A stretch of DNA of 61,627 nt, counting the filler, from Porpidia crustulata (Eukaryota): assembly GCA_964255105.1 (NCBI GenBank). It is 12 parts of 12 records of this genome, joined end to end, with 100 filler letters (N's around TTAATTAATTAA, not from the genome) between each part and the next. Parts side by side here need not be neighbours in the genome. Positions count along the whole stretch, not along the records: positions 10,335 to 15,397 come from CAXUWE010001920.1; positions 15,498 to 20,546 come from CAXUWE010001921.1; positions 20,647 to 25,691 come from CAXUWE010001922.1; 9 more parts are not named here. One strand, written 5' to 3'. Position numbers and translations under genes: made by a program. The first letter of the stretch is position 1. The number at the start of each line of letters is the position of its first letter. The notes under the pieces were generated by a model. That model searched no databases. It saw nothing but the letters and a program-made list of their open reading frames with translations, and was not told the origin of the DNA. Below, in pieces: positions 10,462 through 22,090 of this stretch.

Positions 10462-13231
10462 TTACTGCTCGCGCCGTGATGGGCGATGGTCAGCTCTACT
10501 TGATCTGACACGTGGAAGGTCTGATGCCACGATCAACATGTAATTAGTATTCGAAGACCCATCAACGAGTCCGGAACAGCTTACCACGCCTCCTCTCGTC
10601 AAGGATTTTGGGGCTCTCTGCGGGGGCTTCGTTTGCAAATATTTCTAAATTTGAGGGAAGCTGGGCCACTAGCTCTCGTACCACGTACATCCTGAGCTCT
10701 TTCTCTTCGCGCATGTCTTCCTTGATCAGTTTTGCTTTTGCTTCAATCGAGAATTGCTCTCTTCTCTTTGAGCGGATAGATTTGATGATAGTGGATAGAA
10801 ATTCTTCGGAAACCCTGGTACGAGGTAAACCATAACTTGCTTCATCACGAACATAACGCCTCGTCACATCTGTAGCGCCATCGATGGAGAAGGCTATACA
10901 GTAGGACATTTTCTTAGACCAGGCTATTTATTCGTCGGTTATCAGTTTCCTTGTAAGAAAAGTTAAATGTTCGAGGTTACCTTTTGTATACAACGGTGCT
11001 TGGTCCCAAGCCTCTTCACAACAGTCGACATGTATCCACCGTTTCTGATGCTCCGAATACACTTCGGTCCAGACGTGATCTTCTGGGCACCAGACCCAGC
11101 GCACTTTTGCTCCAGCAGCTCGACAAAGTAAGCTGAAACAGTTTGCCCACTCTCCAACTCGTCCTCGCCTTGTATTGAGGAGTGCCCAAGGACTCGAAAT
11201 TCTTGGAAAGCGCTCCCATGATTCACATATAGGATCTACACATTGAAAGAGCTCGACACGTGAAGCGCCATTAGCCATTTCATCGGGGGTCGGAGGGGTC
11301 AGCCCGACTGCCTTAGTTGGAGAGGAACAAACAGGGCAGAACGGGTTATTGACCCAAGAGAAAAAGGATCGTTTGAACCATCTTGAAGACATCAATCATC
11401 AGATCGCATAGTTACTATTGATATTATGCAGTAGAATGTGTCTTACCTCATAATAGCGCGTATTACGAAGTCATGGTATCCCCATAAGGGCTTGCCAGAA
11501 CCATCCAAACTCATTGCAGTAGCCAAATCAAGCTGACTGTCTTCTTCAGCTTGATCATATATCCGATCTAGTGGCAGTAACGCTAACGCTTCGTCAAGAA
11601 GCCCGGGATTCTCGTATTGAAGAGGCGTATCCGACAGTTTGAATAATTGACTCCTAAAAAGGTCTTCCTCCGCCGTCCTGGGCGTTTTGGGAATGACTGA
11701 ACCTTGAGAAGTAGCTGCGAATTTGTATGGTGGTGGCGGGAGCGATGATCGCGGATCTGTAAGTGGAATGAGTGATGACACATGTATTGGAGGATCGCTA
11801 CTGCCGGCTCTGTCTTCAGGGGTAGATGATCCCTCTTTGAAATTATTATTAGCACTTTTCACTGATACAGTCGATTATTGACTTTGATATCTTAATGTAT
11901 ACAAACAAGTTCATCACTCAAGGCCTAAAAGCACGACGTACCGGCTTTACAGTTTCAAATATTAGCTGGATCGTCAACCCAAATTGATAAGAGACTTACG
12001 TTTTGATTTAACATTTTTGATCTCATCTGTCCGCAAACCGATTCCTTTCTCAGATGTTAGCCACTCACTGATGACACAGAAAACTGTTGGCATACGAAGA
12101 TCTTGCGGAGAAATGTCTGAGCCCGTCTTTGTCCACTTCTCCTTCGATTCTATCCAGAAACGATTAGCGCTCAGGGTTTCCGTCGCATCGGTTACAAGAC
12201 CACGTATTCTATGTCCCGAACATCATATTAACGTACCCCTAAGTCCTTGTAACAGCTGAGTGCGAGAGGTTCGGGTTCCACCTTTTTGAGATAAAGACAT
12301 TCCTCGTGATGCATCATATTTCGGCTTAGGTCTTTGGGCCAACATCTGTTCGAATTGATCCTTGAGATCTTTCGCCCAGTGCTTTCCATATCTGCTTATC
12401 GGTGTTGATGGTTCTGCGATATTTTTCGTGGGGGCGATCTTCGTTGAAACAGAACTTGTATCGTTTTCTGAATTGAGGGATTTCGAGGATTTAATATCTC
12501 CAACGACATCTGATACCAAGATCTGTGAGATCAACGAACTTTGATCACCATCTACCTCTTCCAACATCTGATCATACGCTTGCTCCAGGGATGGAACCAG
12601 ATTCATTAGTAGGGTAACATAGAATCGAATACTCTCTGATCCCTCGTCGTCATCTGTGCTCTCTGAAACTTCAGACTCCAAGTCGGACTCCTGCTCGCCC
12701 TCAAGCTTGACCTTTATCAGAGGTAAACAGGTAGATTCTGCACTCTCAATGGACTTTTTGAGCTCATCAACTACTCCTACGGCTTGCCGAAAGGTAGAAC
12801 TAGTGACATCTGCGAGGAATTCTACCATGCTCTATGTTTAGCGAGGACCCAGATTGATCTGATTTCTCAACTATTTTACCTCGAATAATAACTTTGCCTA
12901 AAGTCACTAGACTCCTTAGGACAGAAAGACGAAGGTCCGGATAGGAATTCAGGATCATGTCCAGCTTTCTGTTACGGAAACTTTCACCCCACAAGAAAAG
13001 CCGCCCCAGCTCTTCCGTCAAGTTCTTATCGACTTCATTCCTTGCTTTCCGAGAACGGTCTACGAGTAAGGAGAACAAAGCAATAACATTGACATAGAGA
13101 CCCTCAGCAACTTCATCGCTCCCCGGAACTCGAGTCCCGAGTAGGGAATTTGAACTGAGTTCGGTCATTGATCGAAGGCCTTCATGCAGTGATCCTCGAG
13201 CAATTAGGCGATCAGACCGTTGTAGCAGCAT
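10462..13231 (-). CDS. Fusion protein: uncharacterised N-terminal helical domain plus full PNG1-like (peptide:N-glycanase / transglutaminase-fold) region, catalytic Cys replaced by Val; about 7-8 introns; start 13231 or 13168
   Basis: N-term [46 protein letters not shown]1 motifs [96 protein letters not shown] introns join all pieces in frame. Confidence 0.85.
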
Positions 13232-13626
13232 CTTTCATTCGTCACATGAATAGCTTGCTGGCAATAATTGGCTGATACCTGATGTGTAACAGAAGTCCAA
13301 ATTAAGTGATCGAACGACGAAAGCTCCAAGTTGATTTGACAATTGCCTGCAGTTGCAATAGAGGAACGTTATTGCCAAATGCCAAGGCGCTAAGCCCTGT
13401 AATTGCGCCCAGCTCCCCAACCACAATTCTTCCTCTCTAATTCAAGGCTTCTCGCCTGGTCTTTGCTACCTGAAGACGATGGATGTATGTACATACGCGC
13501 CCAAAGTCGATCATGCTGGTCGGGTTCTTATTTTTGTTCTCGTGCTTTCAGCTTGTTAGCCTCGCCTCATGTGAAAGCCTTGGGGTCAGGTCTTGCGCGA
13601 CCCAGTTGGCAAAGCGCTGAATAAAG

Positions 13627-15397
13627 ATGTCGGGAGCCGAAGTTGTCGCAGGTCTATTCCTTGGTGTACTGCCTCTTGTAATTTCTGCAATTGAGCATTA
13701 TGACGACGTCCTGCGGCCCTTTGTAAGCTATCGGAATTTCACATCAAAAGCACAAAAAATCTACGACGAGCTGGAGACAGAAAAGACCATCTTCCGCACA
13801 GAATGCCAGTTGCTACTGTCTACCGTCGTTGAGCAGAGTACTGTCTCTAGAATGCTTGATAATGTTGACCATTCGTCATGGACCGATAAAGTCGTACGCC
13901 AACGGTTTGCTCGCAAGCTTGGACCCCTGGGGGCAGCATGTTCATCTATAGTTCTCAAGATCAAGAATCAGCTATGTGAGATAGAGAAAAAGTGTGAGGA
14001 GTTTAGTCCTGTTATTTTGATTCCCAAAGAGGTAAGCTCCATATACCACCAGGCGGTTTCACTTTCCTACTGAATAACAGAGCAAAATGACTGAACCTTC
14101 TAGGGAGTTATATTTGGCAACAAAATCTGGCGACATCGGGCGGGTAAGAAATTGAAGTTCGCCTTTTCTGAATCTGGCTTATTGAACTCCATTGTCGAGC
14201 TGGGGAGATTCAATCGGACCTTTTTGACGATAGCAAATCAGATCATACGCCTTGACCGGCCAGTAGCCTCTCCCGTAGATTCCAAGATTCAAGAGCCCAT
14301 CAGTGAAATGAGTCAACAGATTGAAAAGTTCAGAATAATGCAACGAGCGTCACGGCAACTGTACGAAGCTCTAAGTCAAACGTGCCGAGTACACACTGAA
14401 CACATGGCACTACTTTGTATGGATACAAAGTACGCCAAACCCAATGGAACTTCTCGATTCGCAGAGATACAGTTCAAATTATCTTTTACTCACGAGGTCT
14501 CTGGTACTAGTCCCGTATACACATCGCACAAGAATGACGATAGGCCAAATCCAGTACCTTTATCCTTCACACAAGGAGAAGATCAAAATGAAGTCTTGAG
14601 AAGTATGGATACTAACCAGCAGGAGATTCATCCTGTCACAAGTCCGACTAGAAAGCCTCCAAAGCTCTCTGTCTGCAACATCTCACGGTTCGATATCAAG
14701 ACTATCATAATTCGCGAGGTCTCGTCCTCTCAGATAGGGCCACATCAGAACGTTCTATCATCGGAGAATGTGAACCAGATCTCCAACTTCCTTGGGATAC
14801 TCGAGGAAACGGAGTCTTGTAGACTTATCGTCTTGAGCCCCACCACGTCCATCCCTCGCCGTCCTAGCAAGGAAGCCATGTCACTGACACAGCTCGTTGT
14901 ACGGGAGTCTGGGAAGCAACCTTTAGGAGGGATGCCGCAGTACCAGCGCTTACGTCTTGCCAAATATCTTGCATTAGCCATCTTGAAATTCCATGCAACA
15001 CCGTGGCTTGGTGAGAATCTGCAGAGTAAAGATGTAATGTTCAACGACTCGACAATAGCAAGTTCGGATTTTGCTGAGACCTGCATGCTTCCATACTTGC
15101 ATGCTGTGGTGGTGCCACCCAAATCTGAGGGTGTTTCTGTCTACGATGGTGAGGGGTCTCGATCTTCGCTTTCGAGAATGAGTGTTGCTCCCAATACGCT
15201 GCTCTTCAATCTTGGAGTAATGCTTCTGGAATTAGCTTATGGCGCACCCTTCAATACCCTACGACAACCCGAAGATGCTGCAGCATCTCCAGATAATGGA
15301 CTGGCGGATTTTGTCACTGCACGAAGGCTGGCTGACAGCGTGGGTATGTCTCTTGGCTCCACCTTTGCTTCGATCATCAGAAAGTGTCTTCGGTGTG
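13627..15397 (+). CDS. HeLo-like N-terminal domain plus kinase-C-lobe-like (DUF7580-type) protein; intron 14032-14103; 3' end cut by contig edge
   Basis: MSGAEVVAGLFLGVLPLVISAIEHY start; C-terminal RLRLAKYLALAILKFHATPWL..SKDVMF, NTLLFNLGVMLLELAY, G.TFASIIRKCLRC. Confidence 0.82.
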
Positions 15398-15497
15398 NNN
15401 NNNNNNNNNNNNNNNNNNNNNNNNNNNNNNNNNNNNNNNNNTTAATTAATTAANNNNNNNNNNNNNNNNNNNNNNNNNNNNNNNNNNNNNNNNNNNN
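15398..15497. other. Artificial contig linker 3
   Basis: N44-TTAATTAATTAA-N44. Confidence 0.98.
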
Positions 15498-16364
15498 GTT
15501 GTATTGCGCTACTTTGAAGGAGATATATAGTCAATAGCAATCAAGATGTCGGTTTCTGAAAATGTCGTGTACTGCCGTAACGACACATCGGTCTTCATAT
15601 GGAATTCCGAGTGCTCCTGATATACAGCTGGGTCTGTGAAGACCGGATGGTTGGAAAATGGACGCTTGAACCATGGTTTCCAGCAGCAAGTCCTAACAGA
15701 GGAGCCGCACAAGTCTTCCCAGTCAGACACGCAACATTTGTCTATCATTCATGGATCGGTAATGATTGTCGAAGACGGTCCATCAAAGGATGGATAGCAT
15801 TTGCACGATGGCCCACGTCTCCACCCATCAATCTTGGTAGGTTGCCGGATAGCATAACAATCCACCGGTAACTTGGCTCGGAGTTCAGAAAATAGAATGC
15901 TTGATATGTTGGTGAACAAGGACGCACGCATTTGAAGGTGCTTGTGGATATTGGAGGCCACACGTTTTCCATCTACGAGTGGCAGGATGCAGAATTACAG
16001 TGACGTGCGGATGCTGTTGGTGAGCTGGGTGCTTGTTGATTGATGGCTGTGGAGACTGTGGAATAAAGATAGTGGATGTAGGCTTTCAGGATGTTAATTT
16101 GGACCCAGGTTGGAACATACTTCTTCTGGTGTTTATCGCTAATACCTACACTAAAACACGGTTCCCTGTTCCAACAAATAGCAATCTAATGGTACAGTCT
16201 AAACGAGCGAGAATTCAATAACAACGTCTAATGAGCAGCGATCCCCTTCCTAAGCCCTGGCCCTTAACCCTCTGTATGCAACAGTCAAATGCCAAGACAG
16301 ACATCAGCACCCGTACCAGTTGCCGAATCTCGCTTCCATAGAAGAAGCTATATGTAGGCTGCAT

Positions 16365-16826
16365 CTAGCTCTGCACCGCCTTCAATGCCTGGTCGAGCTC
16401 GTTCAATTGAGCCGTGCTCAAAACATTGTACTGCAGGCTCGCACTGCCCATGGGGATAGGTTGCGGCTGCCCCGGGCGGTTCTGGCCCAAGAACACGCCC
16501 GCAAGCGTCATGCACGCCGGTGGGACATCGTCGAAGCGCACGTCACCCTCTCGAATCTGGCTGACATGCACGGTGGTGGTCTTGAGTTGGGTGTTGCAAG
16601 CTTGTAGCGCTGCCAGAGGGATGTCGGGGTTCGCTGGATCTTGGCGTTTGTGGTGGGGAATTTGACCAAGGCCCCCGGCGACGGCGCCGCCAGCAACGGC
16701 GCCGCCTGCTGCTGCGGCTTCACCGGCCGTCAGGCCGACAACGGCGAGGACAGGAGGAGCGGGGCAGGCCTGTAAGAGGCAGGTGAGGGCGATGGCGACA
16801 GTGGAGATGGCGGTGAAGGTCTTCAT
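16365..16826 (-). CDS. Small secreted protein (153 aa) with Ala/Gly-rich propeptide and KR site
   Basis: Signal peptide MKTFTAISTVAIALTCLLQACPA; HHKR/QDP Kex2-like site; VRFDDVPPACMTLA; TATAAA upstream. Confidence 0.8.
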   Translation of the reverse strand: MKTFTAISTVAIALTCLLQACPAPPVLAVVGLTAGEAAAAGGAVAGGAVAGGLGQIPHHKRQDPANPDIPLAALQACNTQLKTTTVHVSQIREGDVRFDDVPPACMTLAGVFLGQNRPGQPQPIPMGSASLQYNVLSTAQLNELDQALKAVQS

Positions 16827-18973
16827 TTTGGATAGTGATGGATTAAATTTGAATTTTCTTTCAAGTCGTTGAGGTTGAGGTCTTTTGCAATGATATTTAG
16901 GTTTTGATGTAATAGAGAAGCTGTTGTTGTGGTTGTGGCTGTGGTTGATGGTGGTTGTTTCATGATGGTCATGACTTGAAGGTGATCTTGCGTTCTTTTA
17001 TACTTGATTTTGGATCGATCCTCTTCGCAAGGCACTCTGTGGAAGCAGCTTTAATGACATCAAGGTCTCATCTGAGATGACTCCGCCACCCGAGTACAAT
17101 CCTCAAGGATGTAGCTGAAATTGTAATTACGGCTTTGCTATTGATGTCTTGTCAATGTAATGCAATAAGCAGAGGTCCTCGACGTGGTGTGCCTGGTTCT
17201 GCGACTTGTACGACTGCTAGGATCATAATTTAAACGCAAGACTTCTGGGCCGCAGCTCTCCGCATATGCTGAGACTCGTGCCAACCTCCATGTGATGTGA
17301 TGTTGAAAAGGAAATACAATTAGCAGCGTGTGTGCAAGACATTGTGCCTCATTCATGGGCACAATTGCTTGTTCCAACGCCAGTGTGGCAACACCATTGC
17401 AGGCATCTAATGTGGAGAGATGTTGATCTGAAGCTGTGAGCATAGCTGAGGATCCTTCTCTAGCTTCGGCGGATTAGCTCGAGATGAGCTGGGTCATTCA
17501 AGACCAAGGGAGATTGATTCAGATTTGCTATGTGCATCTTAATACAGACTTGTGATCGTCAATGCTACGAGATGGCCAAGTCACGCATCGAAACATCGCT
17601 TGCAGCTTCAAGGGACCTAGATTAGTCTGAACGGAATCCGAGAGAGAGATACTTTCAAGTTTACTATCGTGATTCCGATCCGCTAGCGATGGACGAGATT
17701 TGTGTCGTAGGGAGGAAAGGAATGTCAGAAACATTGCTTAGGTATAAAAGCCACCGTCTCTGGATTTGCGGGACGAGCCAATGGGGAAAGATGAGGCCTT
17801 GCAGTCCGAGCTCGAAACGGCACTGCGTAGAGGTCACTCCAGACTGGTCGAGCAGCTAGTGACCCTTGACTATGGAGATTGGATCTTGAAATGTGAGATG
17901 CGCAAGTATAGATAATCCACAACTTTGATTGAGTAGATATCGGCATTTCTTCATTATCATCTTCCACATTCCAGATTCGATAATATCTCTCTCCGAAGGT
18001 TGCCACTTGAAAGTTTCAGCAAGTTCCATATGGTTGCATGGGCGACCGCACCAGTACTGTAATCGAGGCTGTTCAGACTCTCTCGATTCTATGCGAGAGG
18101 GGGAAATCGGCAGGTGACGCAGCTGCAGTGCTGGCTTGCCATTGGCTCAGATCACCGAACTCAGCGTCACTTGCTCAGCTTCCGATTTTTGTCCTCATCT
18201 CCGTCACTTGTGGTCTTTGGGTCCAACGTTGGGAGGAGCTGGAGGAATACTTGGTGATTCTTCCATCAGTGCTGGTGTGAGCCATATGAAGATGAAACGA
18301 ATCCGTGACAAAATGGATATGTAGGAGAACAAGGCAAGTCCGCACGCGCTCCAAGTCTGCTTGGCATGGTTGGCCTGCGCATTCCACCCTTGGACACCCA
18401 CGCAGCACATCCATCAGCTGGCTCATGGGGGAAGCTTGTGGGCAGGTTCCACGAGCCATGATGCGTGTTGCGGCATATGCATCAGCTGGTCAAGGCTCTT
18501 CGGGGAACACAGCCAGAGGTGGTGGTGACACCGATGTTCCTGCTGTGTTTCAACAGCGCGAATACCAATTTTGGGTGGCGCGAAAACGCGCCTGCCCCTG
18601 CGTCGGCCAAGGGCGAGCTGGTTGTCCCAGCCTGGCAGGATCAGCTAGAACTGCAAGTCATCTCCAATATCAGATGACCTGAGACATGCGATTTTAAAGG
18701 GTGCGCCGCCTTTGTTGCTGGGTTGGTTGAAGCCCATCGATCCATCGTAAGCGTGATAATGTAACGGCAGTGACTTGGTCATTGCTACAAATAAATCTAC
18801 ACTTCAACTCGAAGGATTCACAGATCACATCTGCAACTACCCGCCACCGTCATTCACGAATGAACGGAGGACCTTTGCAAGCGGACGAAGTACACCGTAA
18901 CCACTTGGAAATACCTCTTTTATCCCTTGCTTCCCCTCACCTGGTCTCAAGTCTCGTACTCATCAACGACACC

Positions 18974-19678
18974 ATGTCTGAACCTCGCCCACATCTGCAT
19001 GCCCTGAAGCAACCGCTGGCCATCCGTGCTGAGTGTATTGCGCCTCAAGCCACCAAGATCAATATCAAGCTGGGCTTTAGCTGGTCTAGTGGTGACTTTA
19101 CAGCCGAAAAGGCCGACGGCTCTACTATCCTCTCCAGCCAAGGAATAGTATGGTCGTGGAGTGCTCGCAAGGAGGTGAAAGACGCATCCGGTCTGCCGCT
19201 GTTCAACTTGCGCTGTTCCTGGTTTTCCTTGGCTAAAGCGTGGCGTCTTGAGTTGCCCGGTGATGGACATATAATCATGGTGGTACGTCCGCGATGGTCG
19301 TTAGGGAGGTTGAAGCTGGAGTGTACTTTTACCAACGCTGCTCCCGGCGGAGAGGGGCAGGAGGTGAAGCTGGAAGTTCAAGGGCAGGATTTTCAGCATC
19401 TAGAGACACATATTAACTACGAAGGAAATACAGTGGCGGTAGTAAGGAGGTTTTTCAGTAATAGGAGCGTGGTAACGAAAGGGATGTTCAAGCCGTTGGT
19501 TGAGGTAGAAGTGGCCGAAGGGTTTGATACTGCACTGGTAAGTTGCAAGCTGAATACTCAGCATTTCTCTATGAGAGCTGTTGCGGGCGGCTAATTGATG
19601 CTATAGGCCTCAGTCATCGTCATCACCATAACGAGTCTTGTTCAATCGCGGTGGGACACTAGCTGGGCCAGCAAATGA
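18974..19678 (+). CDS. LURP-one-related / Tubby C-terminal-like (DUF567) protein; intron 19538-19606
   Basis: SWSSGDFT, SARKEVKDASGLPLFNLR, FTNA..VKLEVQG, VEVAEGFDTAL/ASVIVITI. Confidence 0.85.
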
Positions 19679-20077
19679 AGTATGGCAAAATTGTATAGGG
19701 TTCGTAGGAAGCAAATGCCATCGAAGGCACGGCGTTTTGGGAGTCAAGGACTGTTCAAGAATGCTTTATACAGTAGGAATACCGAACTTCACCTGAGACA
19801 AGAGGCACAACAGCGTTATGGGGAATACAATGCCGACCTGGGTAGAGAATCCTCGCTTTCTTAATCCCACCAAGAATAATTAATGATGGCATGTTTTTGA
19901 TAGATTGAGACATGAACTGTATTCGGAGCTCTTGCATTGTGCCTTCAGTTCTTTCGCTTGGTCTCGACACTATCTTTCTTCTGACTGATGGGAATTGTTG
20001 CGAAAATCCAAATGTCTATTATACTCCAGCGACATTTGAAACCAGTGTGAGAAAAAAAAATCAAACTAATCAATTAT

Positions 20078-20133
20078 ATTTGATTTGATTTAATTTGATT
20101 TAATTTAATCTAATTTAATTTAATTATTTAATT
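20078..20133. repeat. AT-rich pentamer microsatellite (ATTTG/ATTTA)n
   Basis: ATTTGATTTGATTTAATTTGATTTAATTTAATCTAATTTAATTTAATT. Confidence 0.8.
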
Positions 20134-20435
20134 GTTATGGATGCACATGAGGTGGCCCAGCCCTAAGGTAATGCCAATGGCTTACGAAATTAGCTAATCA
20201 GGGGTGTAACAAACAAAGATCTAAAAGCTGAAGAGAAAAGAAAGGATTTCCGGGTGGAAGAGGCTTTGTGGGCATAAGGGATCACGCCTTACCCGATTAG
20301 GTAAGGTGCTCGCTTTACCCGGTGCCAGAGGCCAGAAGGCTCCAGCTGGGTCAGGTGACTTTGGCCTAGGTTAGCTTGGCCCCGAGTTGCCCTATGGCCG
20401 CCCGATAAGGCTAACGCTAAACCCCTTTGGGAAGC

Positions 20436-20471
20436 TAGGGGAGTTAGGGGAGTTAGGGGAGTTAAGGGAGT
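20436..20471 (+). repeat. Tandem 9-mer TAGGGGAGT x4, followed by TGTAAC (possible LTR edge)
   Basis: TAGGGGAGT TAGGGGAGT TAGGGGAGT TAAGGGAGT; TGTAAC at 20205 and 20475. Confidence 0.7.
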
Positions 20472-20546
20472 TGGTGTAACGGTTGTCCCTTTAACACAAG
20501 ATATAAACAGAGAGAGTAATAGACTTCACTATAAGACTGCGGTCTG

Positions 20547-20646
20547 NNNNNNNNNNNNNNNNNNNNNNNNNNNNNNNNNNNNNNNNNNNNTTAATTAATT
20601 AANNNNNNNNNNNNNNNNNNNNNNNNNNNNNNNNNNNNNNNNNNNN
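20547..20646. other. Artificial contig linker 4
   Basis: N44-TTAATTAATTAA-N44. Confidence 0.98.
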
Positions 20647-21443
20647 CCACGAGTGAGTTCGGAGATGGAAAAGGCGATGATGACCCAGGAAACGGCGGTC
20701 ATGAGGAAGCAGAAGACAATGTTGCCGGCGGTTTCGATGCGGGCCTTTCCCGATGGAAATCTTCTGGGGTCGACCTTTCGTACGGCGCGATTGCTAACCA
20801 TAAGTGTTAGGTTGGACATCGGGTCGAAGATGGCGTCGGCCATTGTGGTGAAGAGTGAGAGCGAGCCGGAGCTTGCGGCGGCGTATATCTGGAGACCTGC
20901 GAGTATGAGGTTGGCGGCGAAGGACCCTTTGACTGCGATCTGGAATTTGAGGTGGTTTTCCCCTTCGAATTCCCTGGCTTGCCGGACGTGCTCGTCCACG
21001 GGCTTCAGCCATCTTTCAATGTTCTCGTTTTGGTTTTCATAAAAATGTTGGATCTTCCTTGCCTTTTTAGCCTCTTGATTGAATGTGATGGGTCCGCAGC
21101 CATCTCGCTTTCGGGATGTGTTTGCACGAATTAGGTTAATTTCGCTTTCTGATCTTAGTCTCGAAGAAAGTTGATATGGGTCGTTTTCAAGAGTGTAATT
21201 CGGTGGCGTGTGATCCTCTACGTCCGAGGAAGACGAACGTGTAAGATTGTGTCGAGCGATTGGATCATTCTCAAGTGTATTGGGAGTAATGGCTTCATAT
21301 GATGTACTCAGCGCGCGTTTGGCGGATGCACTGGGACCATCTGTTTGAGGGATTGGGGTCGAAGCTTCCGTACGGTCAGGGTGAGCATGAAATGGATGGG
21401 GATGTATTGAAATAGTACTATCGAGACTGGAACGTGATGCCAT
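20647..21443 (-). CDS. Cation diffusion facilitator (Mn-CDF / MTP-like) metal transporter, 5' part
   Basis: FYENQNENIE, AVKGSFAANLILAGLQIYAA..SGSLSLFTTMADAIFDP, RFPSGKARIETAGNIVF. Confidence 0.92.
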
Positions 21444-22090
21444 TGTGTAACGATGCGATCTTAGAGCTCTATTGGGAGCACTGGAGATGGACGTTGAGCT
21501 CTACTTGAACAAATGTTTTCAACTTCTGCGCATGTGACGGTGTGGCTGTGAGCTCATGAGGCGATGAGGCGCAGCTGAAAGATTACTGGACTTGGACTAG
21601 ACTAGCCGTAACATATAGTTACACAATTGCCGAGCTAAACTCCGTGTCTGCTTCTGCTCCCATCAGGCGGATCCTATTTATCTGCTTATAGTCTGTAGAG
21701 ATGCATGATCAACTGCTGCGAGTCGAGTGCAGTGGGCGTCAGGGCTTACTCCTCAAGACCAATACACTATCCTATCATATTCGAGCTCCTCCTCTACGAA
21801 AGCTATTGGGCTTTCTTAGCAGCTGTTACTTTATCGCCCTAATCCCATTATCTCCCCAAAGCTGAGTTGATACCATTGAATCTTGGAATCAAGTATCCTT
21901 ATCTCAAGAGATTGTTACTAAGACAAGAGCACGCTTGAGATAATATAGTTCAGGTGCAAGAGAGAGTATCTCAGACTTCAGAACTGTCTCATCACATAGT
22001 CATTCGATCCCTCCGATTCGTCTTATTCGCAGAAGTGAAATTATCTCTTCAAAATCAATCTTAGGTGAAGCAATTCACCCAAAGCCAATC

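Noticed and set aside
17100..18700. Many overlapping short ORFs
   Set aside because: No recognisable motif or consistent splice path; possibly a decayed gene.
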